Of a DNA stretch of 64,000 bases, positions 9,893 through 19,489 are shown piece by piece. The stretch lies in assembly GCF_022846255.1 (NCBI RefSeq), contig NZ_AP025682.1. One strand, 5' to 3'. The position numbers and the translations under genes are program-made. The notes under the pieces were generated by a model. The model saw only the letters and a list, made by a program, of their open reading frames with translations, was not told where the DNA came from and did not search any database. Numbering within the stretch: position 1 is the stretch's first letter; each line of letters opens with the position of its first letter. Origin of the DNA: Escherichia coli (GTDB taxonomy: Bacteria; Pseudomonadota; Gammaproteobacteria; Enterobacterales; Enterobacteriaceae).

Positions 9893-10447
9893 TCAAAACC
9901 AGGGAATAGTGGCGGTTGCGCTTAATCCGTAACTACTAAATTCCCCTTTAACCGGTTCAGTAAGCAAATCACCATGACGGATAAACAGCTTGAACTGCTG
10001 CTGACTCGACAAACTATTCATATTAAGAAAGGGTAAATCGGTCCGCTGTTCAGCCTGCGTCGCCAGTCGCTCAATCGCCTGTTCTTCAGTTAGCCAGCCT
10101 TTTTTCACTGAACGCCTTAACAGACGCTGAGGGTTACTTTTTACCTGTACACGACTTACGACTCGCCAGCCTTTAATTTCAGGTACTAGCGTGACAGGCG
10201 AACATTGGCAGTAATCAGTAAGCCCTTTACGCCACGTAGAGGCTTCAAGTTCTTGCAATGCGGGGGCACTGCCGTGCAAGCGTAAACGCGCTCCCGGCGT
10301 AACATTCACGTCCGGGAAACTCACGCCGATATCACCTTGCCCTCTTGCACCTAATGCCCGATGCAATTTGGCAAATAACGCCGCCATCAACATTTCGCTC
10401 GAAAATTCAGGATCTGGCAGAACGCGGATCTCAAGGTAGTGATCCAT
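9893..10447 (-). CDS. cas6f: Cas6f / Csy4 crRNA endoribonuclease
   Basis: ORF 9893..10489 trimmed to MDHYLEIRVLPDPEF..., the recalled Csy4 N-terminus; AGGAG RBS 7 nt upstream of the ATG at 10447. Confidence 0.92.
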   Translation of the reverse strand: MDHYLEIRVLPDPEFSSEMLMAALFAKLHRALGARGQGDIGVSFPDVNVTPGARLRLHGSAPALQELEASTWRKGLTDYCQCSPVTLVPEIKGWRVVSRVQVKSNPQRLLRRSVKKGWLTEEQAIERLATQAEQRTDLPFLNMNSLSSQQQFKLFIRHGDLLTEPVKGEFSSYGLSATATIPWF

Positions 10448-10457
10448 TGGCAGCTCC

Positions 10458-11459
10458 TTATTCCGATTTCTCACCAAAGACACCGCCACGGATCAGCACA
10501 GCCATCACGTAGCGCTGCTGATCAACGTCTGGTTTCATCCCTTTAGTCACCCAATTGTCCAGTAAGGTATAAAAGTCGAGTTTTTCTTTCGGTTGACGGC
10601 AGGCCACACCGCGACTGGTTACAGAACCGTAAGGTTCCACGGCTATAGCCCCCAATTCATCAACCTTTGGATGCCAGGTATCAATGGTACGTAAAGCATT
10701 GCCAATCTTCTGAGAGTGAATACCGGCAATGCCAGCCACCTGGTATAACACGCGACTTTTACTACTGTTGCTGTCGAGTACCAGCTCCTGCGACGGAAAA
10801 ACTTCTTGCCCGGCACCAAGACGAACCTGCGCTTCAACGGTAAGCATCACCCACTCTTTTGCGCTTAATCCTTGCTCTATAATGGCCGCCAGCTGCGTGA
10901 CCGCTGCCTGTCCCTGGTCAAATTGACGTAAAGAGAAGTCATGGCTGTTAAAAGTCCAGGAAGTGTCGTTAGCAGTAACTTTCACCTGGATCTGCTCAGC
11001 ACCAATGCGGTTGCGCCACAGAAAACGACCATTTGCCAGATTCAGCGCATAGCGAAGCGCCAGCTCTTTAAAGCCATGTTCGCTGATGTAACCTTCAATG
11101 ACCCCGGAAAGCGCCTCCTGGTAAGCCATATCATTACATACTGACGGTGTGGATAAATTACCCAGCACACGCAGCGTAAACACCACCTTTAACGTATCCG
11201 CATCTACCGGAAGCGAAGCCACATCCACCCGTTGCAGGTTAGCTTTTTGGATTTCAGCATCCAGTTTTGTGGAGTCACTGGTAATCGTATTTTTCAAGCG
11301 ATTAGAGATAGTTCCGCGAACCGCTTTCTCCTGAATCTCAATGGGTTGCCATACATTTCCTTGCCAGTTACCTGCGTACATTACCGCGTCAGATGTTGCC
11401 AGTTTGCGCTCAAATGCCAGTACCGATGCCGTTTTTATTACTACAGGAGCCTTTGCCAT
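10458..11459 (-). CDS. cas7f: Cas7f / Csy3 (Csy complex backbone)
   Basis: 333-aa ORF; size and operon position between csy2 and csy4. Confidence 0.9.
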   Translation of the reverse strand: MAKAPVVIKTASVLAFERKLATSDAVMYAGNWQGNVWQPIEIQEKAVRGTISNRLKNTITSDSTKLDAEIQKANLQRVDVASLPVDADTLKVVFTLRVLGNLSTPSVCNDMAYQEALSGVIEGYISEHGFKELALRYALNLANGRFLWRNRIGAEQIQVKVTANDTSWTFNSHDFSLRQFDQGQAAVTQLAAIIEQGLSAKEWVMLTVEAQVRLGAGQEVFPSQELVLDSNSSKSRVLYQVAGIAGIHSQKIGNALRTIDTWHPKVDELGAIAVEPYGSVTSRGVACRQPKEKLDFYTLLDNWVTKGMKPDVDQQRYVMAVLIRGGVFGEKSE

Positions 11460-11469
11460 AATTATGTCC

Positions 11470-12393
11470 TTATTCTAAATCGTCATATTCATTAAAAGTA
11501 AAATCATCACCAGCTGGCATTGCCGAGCAATAGTAGCCAGTGTCCGTTGTGCGGTAACGCCACATCAGCGGTTGCAAGTCAGTTATGCGATGTAATCCGC
11601 GCCATTCGCCGATGCCATATACCGCTTCGGCAAAAGCAAATGGCGTCACGGTGTCGCGCGCATTTTCAACTTCACCGGGTGCGTAAACAGGAGAAATGCG
11701 TTGGTAGCCACACATTAACGGTACCAGGAAACCAGGCATTGGCTTCGGCTGATATGTCCATTTTGCGCTGTTGTCTTCTGCCGGAGATTCGGCCTGATAT
11801 TTAACGGCAGCAAAATCAAGCCAGGCATCCAGCAATGAGATGTCGGGATGTTGTTGGTGATGTTCAGCCAGCCATTCACTGCGATCGTAAAGCGCATAGC
11901 CAGGCATTAAACGCCAGATGATTTTACGCAGTTGCTTTTCATCTTCAGGCGCATGAAAAAGCTGTGGTTCGCGCATGTCAACAATGCTGCCGCCCGCCAG
12001 TTTGTGGCTCTGGCAGAGCATTTTCAGATGGTCACACAGAGCTTTTCTGCCATATTCACCATTGGTGATTTCCCCTTCACATTCAATGAGCAAAGATACC
12101 GTCAGATGCATACGGCCCTCTTCATTGAACGAAGCGGTTTTACCTTCTCTGGTTAGTGGGTTACGGGTGAGAGCAAACTGAAAATACCGCCCAGAGCTAT
12201 ATGCCTGAATATGTTGTTCATGGCTAACTACCGCGCAACCGTCAAAACTTACGCCAAAATCATCCGCCACTTTGCGAGAAAGCGCATGAACATAGCCGAG
12301 AAAATGGGTCATCGCCGGGAATCCCCAGGTCAACCCGGAGACGGCGTTAGCGTTTTCGATACGTATATGGGGTAACAAGAGCAGATAACTCAT
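11470..12393 (-). CDS. cas5f: Cas5f / Csy2
   Basis: 307-aa ORF; 4-bp overlap with csy1; operon position. Confidence 0.88.
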   Translation of the reverse strand: MSYLLLLPHIRIENANAVSGLTWGFPAMTHFLGYVHALSRKVADDFGVSFDGCAVVSHEQHIQAYSSGRYFQFALTRNPLTREGKTASFNEEGRMHLTVSLLIECEGEITNGEYGRKALCDHLKMLCQSHKLAGGSIVDMREPQLFHAPEDEKQLRKIIWRLMPGYALYDRSEWLAEHHQQHPDISLLDAWLDFAAVKYQAESPAEDNSAKWTYQPKPMPGFLVPLMCGYQRISPVYAPGEVENARDTVTPFAFAEAVYGIGEWRGLHRITDLQPLMWRYRTTDTGYYCSAMPAGDDFTFNEYDDLE

Positions 12394-13697
12394 TTCAGCG
12401 CCTCCTGCAAAACAGCTTCCATTTCACGCATCCGTTGAGCGAACAGAGACTGGCTGCGCCATTCTCTTTGCTCGACAGCGCCCACGTCGAAACTGGATTT
12501 TTTCAGGCGATAGTTGAGCCAGCGCGCAAAATCATCGGCCACCGCCCCCTGCCAGTCGTTTTTCTCCCGCTCCAGTTTGAAAACCTCATCGGACAGGCTT
12601 CGCCACGGATCCAGCCAAAGCTGCTGATGGCGAGGTAAATCTTGCGATTGCGCTGACCATCCCTGCCATTTTTCTTGCTGAAAAGCGGATGCCTGCATGA
12701 ACAGCAGATCGATCAACTCATCAATATATTTCGCCCGCGCAGTTCGGATATGAACATTATTTATGTCAACCTTCAACAGGTAAGTCATCCGGGCGATAAT
12801 GCCCGAAGCCGCCCTATTGAAATCGCCGCGTAAGGCAAAAATACTGAGCATGTTTTGTGGTGCGCGATCCAGCGTCGCCCAGGTAGGCGGCATTGACGGC
12901 AACAGCCAGACGCGCCCCCCACGCACACTATTGAGCAATGAAATATTTTGCGGTTTTGTGCCTCCGAAATGCATTTCAGCAAGATTCGGGAAACGAATAT
13001 CTGGCTGTGAGTGCCATTTACCTGCTTTGTGCGCTTCGCGAATGGCTTTCGATTCCTCACTAAAGCGCACGGCGGTTAGCTTTTCATACATCGCCTGCGC
13101 CAGTGAACTGGAAAACAGTGGGCATAAGAGGTGATAACCATCCGCAACAGGGAAATAGATTTGTTTTGCCAGTTTATGGCTGGCAGGCCGTCCAGTTGTC
13201 CATGCCTGGCTAAACCCAGCTACCCACTGCTCCAGTTGCGCTTTATCCTCTGCAAACGTACTTAATGCCTGATAATCACCACGCTTCAGGCTGGCAAGCA
13301 GTGAATCTCCGTTCACATCAGTTTGTAGCAACTTTGCGACGTCAAGTGCAGCGGCGTTACCAATCGCGTCAGTAGCGACATTCGCCAACGATGCCGTGTT
13401 TAAATAGCTTTCGTTAGCGGAGGTTTCCAGATAAAAGCTACTGGCTTTAGAATCACCATGACTGAATTTAGCGCCATGAGTGACTAATTTGATTTGCCCG
13501 GCACGCTTTGCCGCATCCGTTAACCAGTGACGAGGCAGGTAGCGTGCCTCGAGTTCCTGCCGCTCCTGAGCGATGACGCTGGCATCCTCGCCCTGTTCCA
13601 GTCGCTTTGTTGCTTCTTTTTCAAAGGCCTCGACTTTGGGTTGCCTTCGCGAAGCGATATAGTCAGTGATAAATTGTATTAGCGCCGTTTTTTCCAT
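12390..13697 (-). CDS. cas8f: Cas8f / Csy1 (large subunit)
   Basis: 435-aa ORF; AGGAG RBS upstream; operon position. Confidence 0.9.
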   Translation of the reverse strand: MEKTALIQFITDYIASRRQPKVEAFEKEATKRLEQGEDASVIAQERQELEARYLPRHWLTDAAKRAGQIKLVTHGAKFSHGDSKASSFYLETSANESYLNTASLANVATDAIGNAAALDVAKLLQTDVNGDSLLASLKRGDYQALSTFAEDKAQLEQWVAGFSQAWTTGRPASHKLAKQIYFPVADGYHLLCPLFSSSLAQAMYEKLTAVRFSEESKAIREAHKAGKWHSQPDIRFPNLAEMHFGGTKPQNISLLNSVRGGRVWLLPSMPPTWATLDRAPQNMLSIFALRGDFNRAASGIIARMTYLLKVDINNVHIRTARAKYIDELIDLLFMQASAFQQEKWQGWSAQSQDLPRHQQLWLDPWRSLSDEVFKLEREKNDWQGAVADDFARWLNYRLKKSSFDVGAVEQREWRSQSLFAQRMREMEAVLQEALK

Positions 13698-13940
13698 CTC
13701 GGCTCCTTTCGTTAATCCATCAAATTGAAGTTGCTCCCTGACTTCACTGAAAAATCTCCGTAGCCCAACCAGGCTTCAGTACAACGACGCATACAGCAAA
13801 AGGGACAACACCCGTGGTGATAATCATGGATAGCTCACCTAGAGGTATCTACGTTTTAATCTAGTAAAATCCATGCAATAACCAATAGTGATATTACCAT
13901 GCATGAAATATTTGCCACACAATGATTTAAAAACTAACAT

Positions 13941-14016
13941 TCACGCACTGCCGTTGGCAGCTTAGAAATAGAGGTATCTCCGGATACGGACTTGTAAACT
14001 GCCGTACAGGCAGCCC
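13941..14016 (+). repeat. two degenerate CRISPR repeat-like sequences in the cas3-csy1 intergenic gap, inverted relative to both arrays
   Basis: 13946-13968 CACTGCCGT-T-GGCAGCTTAGAAA (loop shortened from 5 to 3 nt); 13998-14014 ACTGCCGTACAGGCAGC (17-nt exact repeat core); consensus orientation is on the + strand, opposite to the arrays. Confidence 0.6.
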
Positions 14017-14024
14017 GCGCCCCT

Positions 14025-17000
14025 TCACGGGGCGCGGTACACACCTAACCAGGGGTGATAACGCCAGTCATCGACCACATCTTCTTCACTGACGGGTACT
14101 CTCACCTCAGCAAACTTTTCCCCAACGCTTGCTATCTCACAACCTTGCTTATCAGCTAAATTCAACAAAACGTGTTGGTAATCCATCACGCCCCAGCAAG
14201 CGACACCGCTGGCGCATCTCACCTCTTCTCGCCTGAAATTCCCTTGCGCTTTACGCTCGTTGTCGCCCGTACGGGAATAGAAACGCGCTTCGCTTTCTTC
14301 ATCATCCATATGCAGAAAAAATACCGCCTCCGGCAAAGGGGAATAACGAAATGGCGTCTGGCGCTGTATCCAGCCGTTCCAGCTTAGCGGTGCACGCCAC
14401 CATTGCGCCGCCACCACATGTTTGCTTTTACTGCTCATCAATTCGGCGGATAAACGACTATGTTCTAGCTCCGCCAGTTTGTTGGCATTATTGGCAGACA
14501 GGATCCGCGGCAAGGCGTTAATCGTCCGGTAGTCCGCGATCGGAATCAGTTCGCAAATATCGTGGCTATTCAGCAAGTGTTCTTTTGTTTCGAAACCAGG
14601 CTTACAAAATGCGGGGGCTTTTTTCTGCAATGATTTGATATTGCTACGCAAAATAACCAGATTCTCACTGGTCGGCACATTTCTACGGTGGCGCTGAATA
14701 CGTCCGGCAAATTGAATTATCGAACGCATGGAGCTTGGTTCGATAATTCCCCAATCCGCATCCCAGTCACGCCCCACTTCTATAACCGATGTCCCCAACA
14801 CCACAAACAGATGGTGCGATTCCGGACGGTTATGTAAGGCATCTGCGATATCTTCGTTGTTCCAGAAATCGAGTTCGTTATGACGGGTAAAAGCGCGGTC
14901 CAGTCGCTTCTCAATATCTGAACGCACCGCCAGCGGGTGTCGGGAGTGGTAAACACAATAATGAATACAAACATTTTCTGGTGAAGGAATGGCAATCAGG
15001 GCTTTGGTCACTGCAACCAGTGGATTGATATTCGCGAAGCGCACCAGGCCCAGCGAAACGGTTTTACCGCTTTCGTGTAGCTGGCGATGCGCCTGATGCA
15101 ACTTCAGCATTTGCGTATGCACCGTCTGGGCCACACTTTCGGTAACATCCTGGATTGCAACTGATGCAGATGAAATCGAAGCAACACGCCCGAAATGCAG
15201 CCGCTCTTTTTCAGCCAGCATTACCGCCCGCCTGGCAACAAATTTTGTATGCGCATCGCGAAAGGCCGCTCCATCGCTAATTTGCGTGGCATCAGCATCG
15301 TTTTCGTCAAACCAGGCACAGCAAATATTGACGGGCCTGCCGTTGGTACCACAAGACGCCTGCCACATTTTACGCCCGGCAAGATAAGCCGCGAACAGCG
15401 CCTGAATCAGGCCTGGCGGAAGCGTCGCCGAAGAGAGTAACACCCGCGTTCCCAGCATCCCGGCCCAGTTCATCAAACGACATACCGCATGAAGATCAGC
15501 AATATCAAAGTCGTCGGGTTCGTCGAGCACTAAATCGCTGGTTAACAGACGCAACATCGCCGGAAGCTGTTTCCCGCCACGCACACCCTCGGTCGCGGAA
15601 ATAAGATGATCAATTGTCGCGACCAGAATCGGCGCGCTCACTAACGCCTTAAGTTTGCTGTCATCCTTCAACCATTTTTCCAGCGCCCCGGTATGCAGGC
15701 TGCCTTCGTACTTAACGAACTGTTGCTCCTCTGCCGGCGACTCTTGCGAGGCACTTCCACAATCATTGTCTATTTTTTCCTGCTGCCAGAGCTGTTTAAC
15801 TGCCGCCGAACCAATTAATACCGCCAGCTCATCCTCACCGAGTCCAAGTCGACTACGCAGAGCATCGCCGGTTTGCAAAGTCAGCGTACGCAATCCCAGC
15901 GCGACGGTAAAACGGCACCCTTCCCGCTCATCGGCAAGCGCATACATAATGCGGGCGTTCGCAAAGGTTTTACCGCACCCCGTCGAGGCCATATTAACGC
16001 CGAAAAATCCCTCCTCCCGGCTTCGTTCACGTAACGCTCGCGCCACATCCGAGGCTTTATCCTGCCAGCGATATTTCGCATCTGTAGCTCGCTGGCTAAA
16101 ACCTTTATGTCGGGCAATTGCCGGAAGAGAAGCCCGTGTGCGCATCAGCTGCCGCCCAAGCAAAAACGCATGATGTGCGACGCCGACCAGGTGCTCGTCC
16201 ACCCGTTGTTTGAGTGCGCCACTTTGCCTATCGCTATTTGCCCAGACGATATAATCCGGCTCCTGCCATTTTTGCTGCGCATCGCTTGAGGAATAGTAAT
16301 GATCGGCAAGCATCAGGCAAAAACGCGCCATATGTGAGGGGAACAACTGTTCCATCAGCCCGTATGTCTTTAAACCGAGCGCGTTACTTGCCCGGCGGGA
16401 AATCTGATGTGCTTTTTCTCGCCAGCTAGCACTCTGAAGCGGTGTTCCAGCCGGAAATTGCCAGACGTGCGCAAAATCCTGTTGTAACCAGTCATCTCTG
16501 CGGTGGTTAACGGCATTCCAGTCAGCATTAAGTTGCCTTTCCAGCCAACTTTCACACCCTTTGCAAGATTGTTCCGGTTGTGGCGAAAGATTCTCCGGAA
16601 TTCGATGATGGGAAAGGATCAGCCAACCTACCGTTTTGGCTAGCGGTTGCAGCGAAGTAAATGGGCTATCTGAAAATTGAGGCGTGTCTTTTAGCAGGCG
16701 TTCCAGAATCGCAGATTCATCATCTGCCGTAAGTTCGCCAAGCTTCGCCAGCCACACATCGTCGGGCCGATCACCGACAAACGCCTGAAAGAGCCGCAGT
16801 GAGATCCATTCATGTCGGTATGGTTGATAACTGCGGGCATTCTTTTGGGTCAGGCTTTGCTGAAAGCTGCGTCCGGATTTTCCAAAATCATGAAATAACC
16901 CGGCGATGGCTGCCAGCAGCGCAATGCTTTCCGCACATTGCCAGCGGTTTTCTTCCTTGTTCACCAGGCTGGTTTGCGTTGTGCGATTTGTGGGAACGCG

Positions 17001-17258
17001 CCCCTGAGCATTAAAACGACGAATATTACCCACAATCCACATCAACTCAATTTGTCCATTCTTCTTTAGCCAGTGACATGCCACTGCGGTATTTCGCCTG
17101 GCAGTTTTGCGCAGTAAACGGCGGAGTGTATTAACGCCTTCCAGAGTAATCACTGTTTGCCATGCGGCATCACCTGTACGTTCAGCAAACTGATCAATAA
17201 TACGGCAGCTTTCCACGCGGGCGTTTTTTGTACAGCGCGAGATAATCAGAACATTCAT
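14025..17258 (-). CDS. cas3: Cas2-Cas3 fusion (Cas3f: N-terminal Cas2, HD nuclease, helicase)
   Basis: 1077-aa ORF; N-terminus MNVLIISRC...FAERTGDAAWQT resembles recalled I-F Cas2/3; HD motif LFHDFGK; 4-bp overlap with cas1. Confidence 0.95.
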   Translation of the reverse strand: MNVLIISRCTKNARVESCRIIDQFAERTGDAAWQTVITLEGVNTLRRLLRKTARRNTAVACHWLKKNGQIELMWIVGNIRRFNAQGRVPTNRTTQTSLVNKEENRWQCAESIALLAAIAGLFHDFGKSGRSFQQSLTQKNARSYQPYRHEWISLRLFQAFVGDRPDDVWLAKLGELTADDESAILERLLKDTPQFSDSPFTSLQPLAKTVGWLILSHHRIPENLSPQPEQSCKGCESWLERQLNADWNAVNHRRDDWLQQDFAHVWQFPAGTPLQSASWREKAHQISRRASNALGLKTYGLMEQLFPSHMARFCLMLADHYYSSSDAQQKWQEPDYIVWANSDRQSGALKQRVDEHLVGVAHHAFLLGRQLMRTRASLPAIARHKGFSQRATDAKYRWQDKASDVARALRERSREEGFFGVNMASTGCGKTFANARIMYALADEREGCRFTVALGLRTLTLQTGDALRSRLGLGEDELAVLIGSAAVKQLWQQEKIDNDCGSASQESPAEEQQFVKYEGSLHTGALEKWLKDDSKLKALVSAPILVATIDHLISATEGVRGGKQLPAMLRLLTSDLVLDEPDDFDIADLHAVCRLMNWAGMLGTRVLLSSATLPPGLIQALFAAYLAGRKMWQASCGTNGRPVNICCAWFDENDADATQISDGAAFRDAHTKFVARRAVMLAEKERLHFGRVASISSASVAIQDVTESVAQTVHTQMLKLHQAHRQLHESGKTVSLGLVRFANINPLVAVTKALIAIPSPENVCIHYCVYHSRHPLAVRSDIEKRLDRAFTRHNELDFWNNEDIADALHNRPESHHLFVVLGTSVIEVGRDWDADWGIIEPSSMRSIIQFAGRIQRHRRNVPTSENLVILRSNIKSLQKKAPAFCKPGFETKEHLLNSHDICELIPIADYRTINALPRILSANNANKLAELEHSRLSAELMSSKSKHVVAAQWWRAPLSWNGWIQRQTPFRYSPLPEAVFFLHMDDEESEARFYSRTGDNERKAQGNFRREEVRCASGVACWGVMDYQHVLLNLADKQGCEIASVGEKFAEVRVPVSEEDVVDDWRYHPWLGVYRAP

Positions 17259-18244
17259 TGATCAGCCTTAGCCAGTGCCTGGGCAGTTTCCTGCAAAGAG
17301 GTGATCATGACATCCAGCGCATCCGTTTGTTGAAAGATATTGATGCAGCGTAGACGAAACTCCTGGGCATCTTCACCTGCCATCGCGGCGATAAATGCTT
17401 GCGGCATCACAAGGGCATCTTTAATCAGATCGGCAAGGTCAAAAACCAGCCCGCCGCGACGTGTTTTACCGTGCATTACTGCTAAACCGTGCGGGATCCC
17501 GGTTACCCACGCCGCCACTGCTGCCAGTCCATAAGCCAGATAATTCCCTTGATCGAGGAAGCGGTTGGCCATATCAATACCACCGCCCCGTTTTGCGCGA
17601 GTGAAATCGCCATACCCCACTGTTTGACTGACCATTTTGTATAACGCTTTAGTCAATTTGGCCTCTACGAGCATAAGCTGCGTATGGTTTTCTGCCGCGT
17701 CTATTTCTTCACGAGTACGATTCAGGAGGGTATGCAGCGCATTAACATCAGGTTGAAATGCGTGTTCACGCTGCATTTTCGAGCTGGACCAGTGCTTATC
17801 GATATGTGTCAGGCGGATTAACTGAAAACGTTTCGCGGCGGCAAGTCGTTTATCTTCAGCAAACCAAAAAGAAACCCACTGCTGGAGATACTCTGTAGGG
17901 CGATATTCACTTTGTGGGCTGAGCCAGGAGACATCAACATCCACTTCATTTGCCGAATACAGCGGCGTGCCATCCGTACCACAAAAGCCCACCATCACCC
18001 CGGCATGAGCAAATTCACGCATCGCCGCCTGAGTAACGGAAGTTCCCATTCCCAACATCAATGCCGTGGTATTCGCAATGGGGATATTCCAGTAGTACGA
18101 CTCTTTACCTTCGCTGGTGACATACTCCACCCGCCCACCATTCACCTGTACCCGGCATTTTTCCAGATAATAAATATTGGCGCGTTTGGAGTGGAGAATG
18201 GTTTTGAGATCGGAAGGCGTGAGGTAATTCGAAGACATAAACAC
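17255..18244 (-). CDS. cas1: Cas1 integrase (type I-F)
   Basis: 329-aa ORF; SDLKTILHSKRANIYYLEKCRVQVNGGRVEYV resembles recalled I-F Cas1. Confidence 0.95.
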   Translation of the reverse strand: MFMSSNYLTPSDLKTILHSKRANIYYLEKCRVQVNGGRVEYVTSEGKESYYWNIPIANTTALMLGMGTSVTQAAMREFAHAGVMVGFCGTDGTPLYSANEVDVDVSWLSPQSEYRPTEYLQQWVSFWFAEDKRLAAAKRFQLIRLTHIDKHWSSSKMQREHAFQPDVNALHTLLNRTREEIDAAENHTQLMLVEAKLTKALYKMVSQTVGYGDFTRAKRGGGIDMANRFLDQGNYLAYGLAAVAAWVTGIPHGLAVMHGKTRRGGLVFDLADLIKDALVMPQAFIAAMAGEDAQEFRLRCINIFQQTDALDVMITSLQETAQALAKADQ

Positions 18245-18409
18245 ATCCTGTGATTATTTTATATTTGAAGGTATTGGGCTTAGTACAGCATTGATTTATG
18301 TGCTGAAAATTGATTTCTGTCGCAATTATTACGATTGTTATTGTATGCTGAAGCTAATGGTTTGAAGTTGAGAGCGTCATGATATGACCAAACGTCTACC
18401 ATTATCGTA

Positions 18410-19277
18410 TTGTGAAACTACCTGTACGGCAGTGAACCGCGTAGAGCTGCTGCGCAAACTCGACACTCATTTCTAAGCTGCCTGTACGGCAGTGAACCCT
18501 CGTTCATCAAGGTGCTCAAAGCTTGACATTTTCTAAGCTGCCTGTACGGCAGTGAACGCCAAGAACGCTGTTACCGCTTCCCTGTGCGCTTTCTAAGCTG
18601 TCTGTACGGCAGTGAACCCAGATTGCCGAAAACATCGCCTTTGATGAACTTTCTAAGCTGCCTGTACGGCAGTGAACGGGCGCGGTGTCGTCCAGGATTT
18701 GGAGGCAACTTTCTAAGCTGCCTGTACGGCAGTGAACAACAGGTCGTCCAGCGCATCCCACGGATCCGGTTTCTAAGCTGCCTGTACGGCAGTGAACATC
18801 GCGCACACGCAGTCTTACATTTGCCACCATTTCTAAGCTGCCTGTACGGCAGTGAACGAGTGATTATTATGGCCCAATCGGACGATGACTTTCTAAGCTG
18901 CCTGTACGGCAGTGAACCTCCACCCGTGGTAAGCAGAAAGGGCCGTAACTTTCTAAGCTGCCTGTACGGCAGTGAACTGATCTGTTGCGATACTGACAGT
19001 ATCGTTAGCTTTCTAAGCTGCCTGTACGGCAGTGAACTGTTTTTTTGACGTGTAAACCGGGCGGTTTTTTTTCTAAGCTGCCTGTACGGCAGTGAACATC
19101 TCCGTATTTACTGTCCTCCCTGCTATCCATTTCTAAGCTGCCTGTACGGCAGTGAACTGCCAGTTTCGAAAACGTGCAGCAAATGCAGTTTTCTAAGCTG
19201 CCTGTACGGCAGTGAACTACCTTAATTTGAAATGAACCTTTGCCGCATATTTCTAAGCTGCCTGTACGGCAGTGAAC
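18410..19277 (-). CRISPR. CRISPR array 2, type I-F repeat; 15 repeats / 14 spacers
   Basis: same 28-bp repeat at a strict 60-bp period (starts 18410, 18470 ... 19250); all spacers 32 bp; degenerate terminal repeat at 18410-18437 (cas1-proximal); one variant repeat at 18590-18617. Confidence 0.97.
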
Positions 19278-19425
19278 TCAAATACTACACGTTTAGCTCG
19301 TTGTTGATAAAGAAAAATCATCTCATTTTCCTGCTGCCACCCTTTTTTATTCTTACCTTCCAGCACCATTAATTATCAACAACTTACCTTCACCTCCAAA
19401 AATAGGGTTTTCACCGTTCCCCCCT
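19278..19425 (-). promoter_or_regulatory. putative CRISPR array 2 leader
   Basis: AT-rich sequence next to the conserved end of the array, between the array and the clpA terminator; promoter not mapped. Confidence 0.4.
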
Positions 19426-19464
19426 ACAAACAAAAAGTCCGTAACCTCTTTCGAGATTACGGAC
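19426..19464 (-). terminator. rho-independent terminator of clpA
   Basis: 8-bp stem GTCCGTAA/TTACGGAC; on the minus strand it is followed by a T-rich tract. Confidence 0.6.
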
Positions 19465-19489
19465 TTCACCAACCTACCTAACAATTAGA

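Noticed and set aside
14780-17014. Several 60-170-aa ORFs on both strands inside cas3
   Set aside because: Nested within the intact 1077-aa Cas2-Cas3 reading frame; shadow ORFs
18516-19048. ORFs spanning CRISPR array 2 (18516..18830 -, 18571..18756 -, 18584..19048 +)
   Set aside because: Same repeat-derived periodic peptides; artefacts
4496-19464. Classical tRNA-integrated genomic island with att direct repeats and an integrase
   Set aside because: No integrase ORF anywhere in the block, and I could not find a direct repeat of the tRNA-Ser 3' end at the far boundary; the block is accessory, but island mechanics are not supported by the sequence
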